DNA from: Epiperipatus broadwayi
Taxonomy: Eukaryota > Animalia > Onychophora
DNA length: 64,000 nucleotides
Assembly: GCA_028023455.1 (NCBI GenBank)
Contig: JAQFVV010000008.1
Span: forward strand, 5,890,001 to 5,954,000
Direction of reading: 5' to 3'
Under the pieces are notes generated by a model. The model did no database searches, was not told the DNA's origin, and worked only from the letters and a program-made list of their open reading frames with translations. A program made the translations under genes and the position numbers. Of the stretch, positions 25,860-39,287 are shown one piece after another. Every line of letters begins with the position of its first letter. Position 1 is the first letter of the stretch.

Positions 25860-28160
25860 ACAATTAATGAAAAAAGTTTATGTAGGAATTGTGTTAAGTA
25901 ATAAGTTAAGCAAAAATTTTAGCCATGATTGAGGAAACCATATATTTTGGAATCTAAGTTTTGGCAATTGGGAGGGTTGACCATAGATGTCTGTTAGGAT
26001 ATTTTTTTCAGACCTTTAAATGAAACACCAATTAAAGATTTGATGTTATAATTGTCCAACAGATCTGCATTCTCAATAGCATGACCAGTATAAAAAAACT
26101 TGCATATGGAATTTGAGCAAGCAGATTAACTGTGGTTGTGATTACATCTTAGCTCTGATATAGATACACATGGTTGAGGATATATTAGATTAAGACCACC
26201 ATTTCAAATAGTAAAACAAGCACTTGTAATTGATAGAAATTGTGATGTTGATTCCCAGATGTAAGATTTTATTGTGGTCATGATATTTTTAACAGTATTC
26301 CTTAAAAGATTCATCCATGGATTATAGTAAGCAAGTATGACACCCAGAATAGTATTAACAATATGAACTTTTACTATAGATTAAAGCAATTTTGGGCAGA
26401 AGGCTTTTATTTTTGTATTGAATTTTTTTATGACCAGATGATTTAGATAATGGCTTGTGTTTTAGTTAAGTTAATTAGAATTTCTAGAAAAGATTAATGT
26501 GTACCATTGAAGAATGAAGAAGGATTGAGACCTATAGCTATTTGCCACATGGATGACTTACAAACTTATATTGTAGATCCTGTTAGAGTTTCAAATTTAT
26601 TCAGAATATGAGAGGAATATTTTGCATGTTTCTAAAGACTATCAAGACATCATCAACAAAAGATATACTTTAATCTCAGTACCAAGATGAGGAATGAAGA
26701 GGCTTCTGTGCACTGCTCAATTTATTTGATCATGGAGTCTATATTTATTGCAAATAATACTGAAGCAAGTAGTGAACCTTGTGGAATATTCCAATTTGAT
26801 TTGAAAGAAGAAGAGAGAGGTGCATGTAATTTTTTTATTTGATAGATCTGTTTATAAGATAATTTTTTGTGGCAGTAATTAGATGTGTACAGCTTGGTAG
26901 AAGTTTTTTTAATGTGCTAAATAAATATTCCCAGTTTATCAGATCAAAAACAGTTTCAATGTCAATCTGACATGTGACATAATTTGTTAATTTATATTGT
27001 TTTGCATATAATATTGACTCACATGCTAATAGATTAGCTTGCAATGCATGGCAAGTTTTAACTGCATAATGTGATGAGGAAAGTTTAGGGAGGATAAGAT
27101 CATTTAGTTGTTTAAGAATAATTCTTGCAAACTTCCAATGTGATGAGACACATGTCATTTACTGATGGATATAAGGCTTTTGAGTTTTTTCTAAGTCAGA
27201 AAATTACATTAATGGATAGGTTATGTATGTAATATTCATGTGAACAATGTTGATTATAATACTTAGGTAGAATGGGAGAGATAATATAATTTAGATGCTT
27301 ATAAATATTAGCTGGAATAAGATTATTTGCTATTGAAGTGTGTGAGCATAAGTGTACAATTTCATCAAGAATTTGTTGTTTTGAGATGTAATAATTTTGA
27401 TAAAGATGCATATTACAGTTAGAATGATAATCAACTGATTTCAGAATATTGTTTTAAATGATTAAGAAGTTTGGAATCGGTGTTGGCACTTGAGATGAGT
27501 GTATTTTCTTTCAATAAAATTGAAATATCATTGGCATAAAATGAGTTAATTTTGCTTAATTTACTGTAGTTTTTGTTAGTATTGAAAGGATTACTTTTCT
27601 AAGCCTAAATATCATAGTATTTTGATTATAGAGAGCAGTTAAATGTTTAATTTCATTTTGCAGCTTATGAATAAAGAGTTTTGCATAATTGAATTTTGTT
27701 ATAACATCAGGAGTTGAATTGATGTTATCTTTACGTTGTTTTAGAAGATTATTTGAATGATAAACTGTTAATCAATAAGAACAATAATTATTTGGAAATC
27801 TTTTTTAGTAGTATCCATATGTCAATTGAAAAGAGATTCTGCAGCTGATAAAAATAATTACCGCAATTAATATATTAAAGATATCATCAATAGTTAATTT
27901 AAAGATAATAGGAATTTGCCTCTTGAATGTAAATTATAAAATGTTGGTTTATTTTGAACGGTACTTTGTATGAAAGTCATCCATATATGGTCAGAAAATG
28001 AAACATTAGACAGGAGTGAAGTTTTGAGGTCAGTAGGGAAATTAAAAAAGAAATCAATGAGAGAAGATTTGTGACCTCCAATAAATGACACAGCATTTGG
28101 AAAATAAAGGTATATTAGTGGCAGCATTTTTGTTTTCAAATAATAGCATTTCAAATTTAC
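25860..28160 (-). mobile_element. Decayed CR1-like LINE (APE end plus RT)
   Basis: LIDFFF...SDH (APE), IILKQL..LS..H, D.ETVFD and NIPQGSLLASVLF in the minus-strand ORFs. Confidence 0.75.
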
Positions 28161-28378
28161 TTCTAGCTGTTATTAAATTGTTTTTTAAAGAATTCTTATA
28201 TAATACATTGGCTTAATAATTTGAATATTAGCATGCTTATCTAATTTACATAATATGATTTTTGCTAAAAACCATGACTAATGAATTATTTCATAGTTTG
28301 TCTTAAAATGAGATCATTAATTTTCTTCAGAACATATTATTGATAGCAATCTCAGTCTCAGTTTGGATTATCACTTTT

Positions 28379-28481
28379 TTTTTAAGTGTCATAGCATCGG
28401 CCGGGACGCGAACCTGCAACCCGGGCAACTGCCTGCAAGTGCAAGGCAGTCGCTCTGACCTCTCGACCACCAATGCAAGAC
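28379..28481 (-). mobile_element. tRNA-Gly(TCC)-derived mini-SINE, copy 1
   Basis: GCATTGGTGGT...ACTGC..GCAGTTGCCCGGG..GGTTCGCGTCCCGGCCGATGC, short A tail, and a perfect 16-bp TSD TTGGATTATCACTTTT (28363-28378 and 28482-28497). Confidence 0.88.
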
Positions 28482-28581
28482 TTGGATTATCACTTTTAAA
28501 CTATAATAACTGTGTATAATTTTTAAAATATATGTTTTTCATTATTAATTAAGCAGATTTTTTTTGCAAAGTCTAATAAAC

Positions 28582-28633
28582 TTTTTTTTTCCATGTAAGG
28601 CATCTGTGCTGACCTCTACCACCAACGCTTGAC
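28582..28633 (-). mobile_element. Truncated copy of the tRNA-Gly mini-SINE with A tail
   Basis: gtcaagcgttggtggtagaggtcagcacagatgccttaca followed by poly-A. Confidence 0.7.
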
Positions 28634-29739
28634 AAACATTATTTTTTAGTTCTATTGAGAAATGAGATGCTCTTCAATTGTTATTGTACAATGAAAAAAA
28701 TACAAAAATCTTTTTTAAAAAATATCATTTTCTTTGGAACTTTTAATAGTAAACATCATAAAAAGCTTTTTATATATCAATACAGTATCGAAAGTAAAAC
28801 TTTTTAATTTAATTTACACAGAAAATGTTTCAAAAAATAATCCACTATTAGTTTAATATTTTAAATACCAATAATATTTGCAATGAAAAATGCATCATAT
28901 AATGCTTATCAAAATAAAATGTATTTTTTTTATTTATAACCAAGAAAAGACTAATTATCTAAACGATAATAAGAAAATAATAGCAATACAAAAATTTATA
29001 ATGTCCAGTATTGTTGTGGTTCTACATTAAAATATTTGTAATACATAATAAAATATTTTTAAAATGTGATAAATCTTTAAATAAAAGCGTTAACTATTAC
29101 AAAAATCTAATTAAAAAATAATATAAAATAATTTAATTCTTCAGCAATACAAAGAACTCAAATATATTTGATAGTACCATGGAGTGCTTCCAGAGTCCAG
29201 CAACTTTTATGCCTAAGAGAAAATTCTGATGGATATCTTCTGAATTTATGAAATTTATTTTTGTCCTTCTATAGGAGGAAATTATATTGCTTAATATATT
29301 ATCTATTGTGATATAATCACATTGACATATTTAATGTTTAGCTACTTTATGATTGTAATGTAAAACCATTATTATAAATGCAATTTATCCACTCTACTTT
29401 GAACACTTTTTAGCAAAAAACCTTTTATTGTACATATAAGTATACACAATGTTACATTTCAACTGTCCTGTAGTCTTCTTCACAGCCACTTTAATTTTTG
29501 AAAAATAAAAAAAAAGTGTTTTTTTTTTTTTGTGTGTGTGTGTGTGTGTGTGTATGCATATATGTATAATAAAAGATTTTTTTTGCTAAAAAGTGTTCAA
29601 AGAAGAGTGGATAAATTGTGTTGATATAGGATATTACAGCAAAATAAAGGAAGTCATGAATTTGATAAAAAAAAACAGTATTATTGTGCTATGTAGCTTT
29701 TACATTTCTATTTCTAATTACAATGAGAGTTGTCATTGT

Positions 29740-29850
29740 CATCGTCTTCTTCTTCTTCCTCCTTCTTTTTCTTCTTTTCTGCTTCTTTTTCTTCTTCTTC
29801 CTTATTCTCCTACTTCTGCTGCTACTGCTATTGCTACTACTATTATTATA
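29740..29850. repeat. Degenerate trinucleotide tract (CTT)n grading into (CTA/CTG)n
   Basis: Directly visible; it creates the spurious ORF 29593-29853. Confidence 0.85.
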
Positions 29851-30344
29851 TGAAGAATAAAGCTTATTGATATATTTATGATGATTTGCTGACTCTCTAT
29901 CAGTTATAACACCCCAAAAGTTTCTAGTATATTAAGTAATATCTGAGTCAGAATTTTGAATCATTTTACATTATGCTTTCAAAATAAAAATATTAATGCA
30001 TCATATAACTTTTTATTGCGATGTGTAAATCAGCCAACTCTTTATCATATATAATATGGTAGAACATATCACATATAAACTGTTTTTTTTAAATACTACT
30101 AGGTCATTTGTATATTATTTCTTTATTGTTCTTCTGTATTAATTATAAACTAATATGCATATTTAAAACTTTATTATGTAACTTTAAGGAAATCAATATA
30201 TATATATACATATATATATATATATTGTTCTCCGATCTGTATATTTCAATATAATAAACAATGATTTTCATATGCTACAGATATAAAGAAAATGTTATCC
30301 GGGCACATTCGTGTATAATTTATTGTAATATGTATATATATTTA

Positions 30345-30960
30345 TACCAATGTTTCAGCCAGATCACAGTGTTCATCAACTGTGCAATAAATATTATAAA
30401 AATAATTGTAGAACTGCTGTAAATATTCATGTATAACAATACTGAACATTTTTTATGAAGAGAAAGCAGGAATAATAAGTACCAGAAATTATTTAGATTC
30501 GTGAGTTTTTAAAAAATCCTTCCAAATAAAAGATAATTTGTATGTATCATCATGCTTGCTGATCAATATGTTCTTTTAATTATTTCAATGACTTCTCTGA
30601 TATAATATTGTTGGAGAGTATCACATTTGGGTAGTATTTTCATGTTAAAAAAATCAATGTTATGACCTGTATCTGTAGCATTGAGAGATAGTGCTGATGA
30701 TGAGTGTTTCTTAATTGCATTAATATATTCATCTCTTCTAACATTGATGTGATGATTTCTCATATCTTTATAAGAGGTGTTATAAATGCCACATAAAGTT
30801 TCATAAACTCCATAGACTTCAAGAGAAATTGAGTCCTTAGGTTTGGATAGAATGCTATTAATTTTTTTTTTATATGTCATATATGCTGTCTTTATATTGT
30901 AATGTTTTAGAATACACCCAATATTGTCATAGTTCCTTTTATATAAGAAATACAAATTCT
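30345..30960 (-). mobile_element. Penelope-like 3' fragment (GIY-YIG C-terminal ORF 30563-30955) with decayed hammerhead at ~30345-30385
   Basis: GVYE..CG...Y...R..EY...SALS..A..TGH.IDF...IL......IRE.IEI, then TTGATGA...tggctGAAAcatt downstream. Confidence 0.78.
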
Positions 30961-31099
30961 AATAGTTCTGTCTTCTTCTTTTTGCTTCTTATTATAATTA
31001 TTTAAGGCTTGAATCAAGGCTCAATGTATTGTTTTGTCATTATAAGTATTAGCTAATAAAACATTGCTTATATGATTTATTTCATATTTTGTTGACAGT

Positions 31100-31400
31100 A
31101 GATATATATATAAGCAGTCAACATTTAAACAATATCAGTATCATTACAATCAACAATCTCAATCTGTTGTCATGGCAACCTCCTTCAATCAATAAAGGTG
31201 GAGATCCACCTTTATCTATGATCAACAATGTTTATACAGACATTAAAAATTGCAACTTAACTTCAGAAAATGAAATTATTAATGGAATGACATTTAAATA
31301 AAGCTCATTAAACAGATAAATATAATCTCTTCTGAAAGCAGATTATCAGACATTTATAGCTTTAAAATGGCACTCCAACCATGTATTACTTAGATAATAA
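31100..31400 (+). mobile_element. Repeat family shared with 61021-61550; probably the PLE endonuclease C-terminus of another family
   Basis: The nucleotide match to 61030-61330 is clear. The PLE assignment rests only on a weak SQHL...LL.AD peptide resemblance. Confidence 0.5.
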
Positions 31401-33627
31401 AGCTAATAATATATATATATATATTGTAACCATACACATTTATAACTTTGTGTAATAAGTTTATGTTATAATTTGCTTATCAACATTGCCACTACTTTTT
31501 ATGATTCATTTTTAATGAAGTCTTATATGAATAACGTTTTTAAATTAGTTATGATGCACTTGATTACTAGTCACAATTTTTTACTTATTTCAGATTCAAG
31601 CTTTTGAGCTCTGTAATTAACAAAATTTTCACTTCTTTCATTTTCTTTCGTTTTAAAGATAAAAAAATCTGTCATCCTACTTTTTGTCAAGACCTATTTC
31701 AGAATTCACCCTATCATTCTTAACTACTTCAAAAATACATATTATGTCAAAGATTCGCTCCAAATTTTAATTAAAAATGAGTGACAATCATCTATCTCAC
31801 AATTTATAGTTCTTGGAACTAAATAAAGAAGGGAATATATAATAAGGAAAGAACTATTAACGATAACAAAAATCTTTCTTTCTCTACAAATGTATATAAA
31901 TAAAGCTTTATCCTTAAACAAAAGTCTTATACAAGCCAAATAAATGAATTACTGCTATTACAACTAATGGTATTATGGCCACCTTATTTATATTAATATT
32001 TTTGTTTGTAACAAATTTTTGTAGATACATTATTGGAAATAAATGTAGTATTTATGCTTCTACATCTGCATTTTTTTCATATAATATTGAAAGCATCACT
32101 GTCAAATTTTTCAACATGTCATCATTGAAACAGTCTCGACCTATTGATATATTTATAATGTAGTTTGATTTCTAATTAATTATACAGTCCAAACAACATT
32201 CAATCAAAAAACAAATAGTCTATGCTCAAGTGACAATATTAATTAGCATGTAATAATTAAACTTACATTGAGTTAATAGGGGTGGGTTATAGTAAATATG
32301 ATTTATTTAAACATAAAGTTTAATAGTATTTTAAACATTGAATGACCCTCCCTTATATGCCTTCTATATCATCAAATATGAAGAAATTGTGTGATAAAGA
32401 ATATAATTACGTTTTTAGTAAGTTATTATTAATAATCATTTAATTAACAATAGTAAGGATAGAATTGATCCTGGAGGATGTCCTTGTATTTTTTATTTGA
32501 TTAAATGCCAGGATTAAACATTAATTTAGGGTTTGGACAACATGTGTATTGTGGCAGTGGAGCTGAATTGGATTTGCTGATGTCATTAGTATTTTTGGAG
32601 CATGAGCATTTTTGGTCACATTTTCAATCCTAGTGAAGTGAAGGTGATTTGTGGTGACGCAATGATGGGAAGTGTAAAACTGAAAAGGCTTGTTTTGTTT
32701 CTAATGGTAACTTTGGGTTGATTGGAAGATCTAGTAGTCATCAGTTAAATACTGTTTGGAATATGTGTTATTAGACTGACAACTTCGTAATTCTGTGTTG
32801 AGTGTATAATAGTTTTTTAATTTTTTTTAATTTTATATCTATTGCCTTTGACAATGTGCTCAACAGTGAAAATGCATTTAGCTTATACTGCTATTTATAA
32901 AATGCTATTTATCCCTGTATTTTTTGGAATTAATATTCCTTGTATTTATTTTAGTCATTTAATTAGTTATGACTATTTTACAATTTGATTTTTTATAAGT
33001 TGCTCACAAAGTCATGTGATATTCAAACACTCATGCAGTTCCATGCAAGTCAATAATCTCTTTTTTATATATTATTCAATGAAGAATAGCACAGATTAAT
33101 TTCCTGAAAGGCAGGCATGCTCCCATATCACTTTTAATAATTTATGACCAATGGACTTGTGAGATTTTTCAACATCATTAATTAATATATTTTATATAAG
33201 ATATATTTGTTTTAAAATTTTACATAATGATGGATTTCTTATTACAGTACCTACTCTATAAATACTTATTTTTAAATGTTTGGTATATACTTTGATTAGA
33301 TAAAGAACTGTCATCAAAATAGAGTAAATGAGTCCTGCCACTTCATTTACTGTTATTAATTTTATTGCAAAAATACAAAGTGTTTTTTTTTTCTTTTGCA
33401 ACTTAGGCAAGACAGAGCACTTTCAGTGAAGTCCACCAGAGTCATAGTAAATAATATATTTTTATTTGATAATTATTTGGTTTATTTTCTCATCACTTCA
33501 GTTTGTGAATTATTATTGTAAGAATGCAGCTATCACTAATTTTCTTCTTTTCTATACAAATGTAATACCTGGTAATTAATAAATATACTCACAGAAAGTG
33601 TAGTTTTTTTAATATTTAACTTTATTA

Positions 33628-33674
33628 CTGCATAGCATGCTTTCAATATAATTAAGATATCATATTCATGGTAT
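33628..33674 (-). ncRNA. Hammerhead A3-U8 variant with intact core
   Basis: atacc-ATGAATA-t-gatat(cttaatt)atatt-GAAA-gcatgc-TA, with helix III palindrome AGCATGCT. The 3' strand of stem I is mutated in this copy. Confidence 0.7.
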
Positions 33675-35342
33675 CAAATAGTGTGATTACAAGTTCTTTA
33701 TATGAGTGTTTAATTATCTAATAAGCTATTTCATTTATTCAAATTTAAACACATTTAGATTTATTCAAATCACATTTCTTTGAAATGAGTATGCTTGTTT
33801 CTTTTTTGATAATGCAAAAATTATCACTAGCTATTGCACATGTTTCTTTGATTTTTTAGAATACTTTAAAATGTATCCCTCCACTACCCAAGAATGTTTG
33901 CAAACATAAAAATTCATAAGGAAAACCTTCCACTTATGTTTATTATTGATTTTTGTGGGTCATATTTTTATAAATTGGGCAAAACTATTGTTATATGGAT
34001 CACTGAAGAATTGAGATTTGGAAAATATTCAATTAAATCATCATATGAATTCATTAACAAGATGAAAAGCATGAAAAATGCCCAGAGTGGAATCAATTAA
34101 GGTGATGTGGTGTAATGGTAAATGACAACACCTATAACCATTGCAAAAAAAATTATATATGATGTCTTAAAATGGATAGACAAAAACCTCACAGTGGTAG
34201 CAAATGGAAAATAATATAAAATGAATAATGGTTGGCCAATGGGGCTGCCCATCAGTGGTATTGTCAGTAGTCTATTCCTAGCAAAGATTAAAAACTGTGT
34301 TATCCCCAAATATGCGCATCTAAGCTTAAGATTAATATACACTAAATATGTGGATGACACATTTATATGTGCTACAGACCCACAGATTGATAAAATACAA
34401 TATAAATTGGAGTGGACATCTACACTATCATGGATTTTGGAGAAAGAATACAATAGTAGAGGAATAAGGTTTTTGGATTTGTATACACAAAGACAAGACC
34501 ACATTCTAAAATACAGAATGATGCTTAAGCCCCTAAATATAAGAAGATCAATACACTCTAGATCAAGAATTCCAATGTCACATGAATGTGGGGGATTAAA
34601 AGGATTTTACATAGAAATCATACACTATGCAAGTTTGAATACAATAAATAGAACAATATTGAAAAGTATACAAATGACCTTCAAAATATGGAATATAATC
34701 ACAATAAAGTCATAAACACCATAAATAGATTCTATAACTATATAAGAAATCCTAGTCCCATCCAACAAGTGGAACCTTAAAAAATGAATAAGCTTACCTT
34801 ATATTCCAAAAATCGCACATAAATTTAAAAATTTATGTAAGAACAAATTTAATACAAGCTTTTGAACCCCTCCATCACTTAATCAATCAGTCAATGATTC
34901 CTAAGACACTTTACTAAATAAATTGGTACATCAAGTGATCTATCAAATCAACAGCAGCTAAACAGCCTACATTGCTGTATATTATAGGGAGTGAAGGGCC
35001 AACCTGTCAATGAGACTTACCCACCATAGGTATTTATATAATAGAACCATCAAGAGATTAAAAATACTTGACAGTATTTATAGACCATGAGCAAAAAAAC
35101 TGGTCAGAGATTCAAGCTAAGAAAAGCAGAAATAGTGTTTACACAGAGAGAAGAGCAAGTGGAAAGTCAAAGTAGCATATATAATAGCTAGGGACCATTT
35201 TTCCATTAATAAAAAAAAAAGCAAGAATATTCATTTCAAAGAAATGGCAATTTAAGTTTAAGTGTGAATTTAAATTTGAATACATTGAATATCTTATTAG
35301 ATAATAATTAAACACTGATATAAAGAATTTGTAATCACTTTG

Positions 35343-35389
35343 ACACCATGAATGTGATATATTAATTATACTGAAAACATGCTAGGTAT
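35343..35389 (+). ncRNA. Sister copy of the A3-U8 hammerhead (A9G lesion)
   Basis: acacc-ATGAATG-t-gatat(attaatt)atact-GAAA-acatgc-TA-ggtat; it supplies the ggtat strand pairing with atacc. Confidence 0.62.
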
Positions 35390-38196
35390 TAATAAAGGTA
35401 AATATTAAAAAACTATCTTTTCTTTGAGTTTATTCATTAATTACCAGTTATTATATTGTAATAATGTTTTAAAATAGATTTTGTGTTGTAATGTTCTCTA
35501 ATGGATTACTGTATACTGTTTACATTTGTTGAGTGTGCATTTTAAGTTTAGATACTTCATTTTGATAATTTTTTTAAAATTTTACTTCATTGGACAGCTA
35601 ATTTTTTTTTTTTTGGGGGGGGGGTTATAATTTTTTTTCTAACAATTCTTTTTACAATTCATTTCCATATAATTTATATTATGATAATTATTTAGGTTGT
35701 TGCTTTTACTATTTGGAATATTATATTAATATTTCTGATATTACTTCTAAAGAACTTTATTATGTTATTAGATTGCTACTATGGCACTTCTGTTTTTTGA
35801 ATTGATATCTTTCTTCCAAATCCAGAAATCACAATGCAAACAATAATTAAAGTCAATAGATACTAATGATAGTAATACCACATTCCTAAATTAGATTTCA
35901 CTTTCTACTCAGAAAGTGATCACTTTGCATTATATTTTATTCAGTAACTACATTTTACTCTTGATATCCTAAATGAATAGTTTAAAATTCAAACATTCTA
36001 AAATGTAGACCTATAGCCAGGCAACCAATTTGGTTATGTGAGTTTGTTATTAATTATATAAATTAGTAATATTAGTTTAACTAACTGCAAGCATCTTTGA
36101 TCTTATGATGATAATATACGTATTTGTCGATTTTGTCTTTAACCTATATATTTATTTATTCTAGTGGTTACATTCCAGCAGTAGAAACTTCTATGGTCTT
36201 GAATATTGCATATGTTACATATAGTATTACATTATCTAAAATATACTTTGAATGGATCATAGTGATACAAAAATCTGTTTCATAATCTCTCATAGAGTAA
36301 CAATGAAGACTAGGTCATTACTTATACTTACTAATTACTGAAGGGTGAGGAATTGCATGTTTTTTCATCCTTGTTTGTTATACATCTAAAAAAAGTTAAA
36401 TACTAATTTATTAAGCAATAATGGATGGTTAACATTGAGCCACCAATTTGAAAAAAATATCATAAACTTGATTAGAATCTGTACAATTTTCAAATTTATC
36501 TGACCAGAATTTGAGCTCAGATTGTATATCAGCTATCGGTACTATCTTTGCATTACTATCTAGAAATACTGAAATTTGTAATATTTGTTAATTGTTACAT
36601 TATTAATTTCAATTAAGATTTTAATATTTTATTTGATTTACTATAACATTTGATTATCATTGATGGTAGATTGCCATTGTTTGAATACTCTTATTATAAT
36701 TTTCTTTATTATCTTAATATCTGAATCAATATTATGAATTTTAATAAACCCCTTATAATATTAATTGATATACAGTATATATAGTAATGTTAATGTTATT
36801 TCTTATGCTTTCTATAGAAATTTATATGATGTTTCAAGTGGTAATGTTTAATGAAAAATTCATCCAATTTCTTGGTAGATTGTTTCTTTCAATCAAATAA
36901 CATCATTAGTAGCTCAGAAATTCAGTTGACTCTCTATTAGGCATGACTGCCTACTCTCATATAGATGTTTTTAATGACTAACATGATCTCAAAACTTGAA
37001 CATAAATTTAAGTAAAATTTAAATAAAGCCTCCTTAGTATTAAATTAATATTATTAAACAAATTGGGATTTTTCAATAACTCATTTTTAATTAACTTTTA
37101 ATTAACTAATTAAACATAATTGTATTAATAAGGTTGCCAGTAGTTGAAGAAATTTGTGGAGACTTCACAAACATACCAATACAATCTCATATAAATACAT
37201 TAATTTTATCATGTTTGTGGTATGTTTATTTATAAGAAAGGTTAATTTAAAATGAACTGCTTGAAAATGCTATTTTGATTAATAATATTAAGCTGATAGA
37301 AAGAAGACTATAGTTAAATTATCACTAAACCTTTAGTTCAAACTTTGAAGTCATATCAAAGGTTGTAAGCATATTTATGTGAGATAGAATGACGTTATTT
37401 GGTGGAGTTTCAATTAATTTTTTAATTATTGATGACATCAGATTGTTTTTTTTTTTTTCATCAAATATTGGCTCTTGAAACATTGAAAAACTTCTATAGA
37501 AGGATTAGGTAAATAATATTAGCTTAATTATATATTTGTAGTTGTGGTGTTTTTTTCTTTAAAATTTTTTAATCTTGTGCTTTAAATTGAGAATATTTCA
37601 TTTATTTAATAAACCAATAATTTGTATATTAATCTCGATGTATTATGGAATATTAATCACGGTGAGTGTCATATATATATATATATGTAACCTTACTACA
37701 CTACACAATGAAAGCAAATAACACTGAATAGAATGACACTGCAATCCAAAAATATACCTTTATTGAGACTTTATTATTTTATTATTACAATCAATATAAG
37801 ATACACTATAGGAAAGTTCACAAAGCATAGATTTTTAACATTGTAAAGTATATAAAATATACTCCACAATAGCATTGTTATTATAAACGATTTCATATTA
37901 TTATCATGCTACAATCATTAGAAAAACCTCCATAATAAACAATGACTAACATAATAATTTCATAGTTAAATAATTATTAAGACTATTTATATCACTATTT
38001 ATTCTCTTATACTTATGATAAACTAATAATATAATCAATCTCAAAAGACACATATTAAATTGATCTAATTGGTTATTGACTATCTTATTAACATCTCAGA
38101 GATAATGATTATTCATTTAATAAACATAATAATAATGGTTAACAGTTACATAATTGAATAACTAGAGAAATTTTATTGAAATCCAATTATCTAAAT

Positions 38197-39287
38197 CAGC
38201 GTTTCCGAACCTTTTTTGGCTCGTGTACCACTTGGTAGTACATCATGCTAAATTGTACCACTTCATAAAAATGATTGTATTTCGTGAAATTTGTTATCAC
38301 ATAATGAGACAAAATACATTAAAACATGCCTAAATGTCACGCCGGATTATAAACTCACTGTAACATATATATATATGTATGTGTTTGTTCAAAGTTTCAT
38401 ATTTATTTACTATTTTGTCATATTTCGTTTACTAATAAATGGTTTTAATAAAAACACAAAATTATAAAAAACCAATTAATATATTTTCTTATCATAATCA
38501 AATATTTTTATAAAATAAATTTAATGAGATCCTTGTGCTTGTTTCGAAGAACATAATTTTTTGAAATTTGGTTCAAAAGATGCATTCAATCTGTTTCGAT
38601 ACTTATTTTTTAAACAAAAATATGAAGAAAAAGCTCTTTCTACTAATTCCGTACTAGTAAACGGTAATAATAATTTAAGAGCGTTCTCAGAAAGTTGTTC
38701 ATATTCTTTAATGTTTAACCAAAAATTAATTAGATTGTGTCGTTTGAATTCTACTTGTAAAGTTCTGTCACATAATTCTATTAAATTTTCTTTGTCCTTT
38801 ATTGATAATTATGTAGCTTTTTCTAAATTTTCTTCATAGAATGGGTTTGAATTCCAATTATCATTTGTGTTTTCGGGTTTTGGAAAATATTCCATGAAAG
38901 ACAATTTTAATCCTGTTAAATGTGCTATTATATTTTCTATCTTGAGACAGACTAACCTTATTTTCAAAGAAAAAAATATGTAGAGTTTTGAATACTTTCG
39001 GTTGATTGTTTTCGATACACTGTTTCCAAAAATCTAATTTCTTAATCATACTTTCAATTTTATCATTAACATTAAAGATCGTTATCGACTATACATATTA
39101 ACAACTTTACTGTATAATATTATTGATTAAAATAATTTTCATGAATTATAGGAAAAAATATTTCTGATATTTTTATGATTTAATTTTTTTTTTTTAATGT
39201 CCGCCATTATTGATTATTTTTCATGTACCACCAACCAGCAACTCACGTATCACCAGTGGTACGCGTACCACAGGTTGGGAAACACTG
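38197..39287 (-). mobile_element. Buster/Charlie-type hAT internal-deletion derivative (1091 bp) retaining the transposase C-terminus
   Basis: TIR CAG(C/T)GTTTCC(G/C)AACCT and perfect 8-bp TSD ATCTAAAT with central TA (38189-38196 and 39288-39295). Minus-strand peptide LIELCD...FW...EY..LSE.AL.LLLPF.ST..ERAFS..KNKYRNRL...KQAQGSH*. Confidence 0.92.

Larger units (their letters stand above)
33560..35460 (+). mobile_element. Penelope-like element 3 (RT plus GIY-YIG remnant, ~33890-35250) flanked by ~290-bp inverted copies of its 3' end (33560-33850 and 35165-35460)
   Basis: KIHKENLPL, GWPMGLPISGIVSSLFL, TKYVDDTFI and VIYQI; the arms align as reverse complements. Confidence 0.88.

Noticed and set aside
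28386-28476. Functional tRNA gene
   Set aside because: The anticodon loop and T arm carry duplications, and the A tail and TSD show it is a retroposed copy.
31166-31179. RFX X-box-like GTTGTCATGGCAAC
   Set aside because: It lies inside a repeat remnant and is altered in the other copies; no evidence of a regulatory role.
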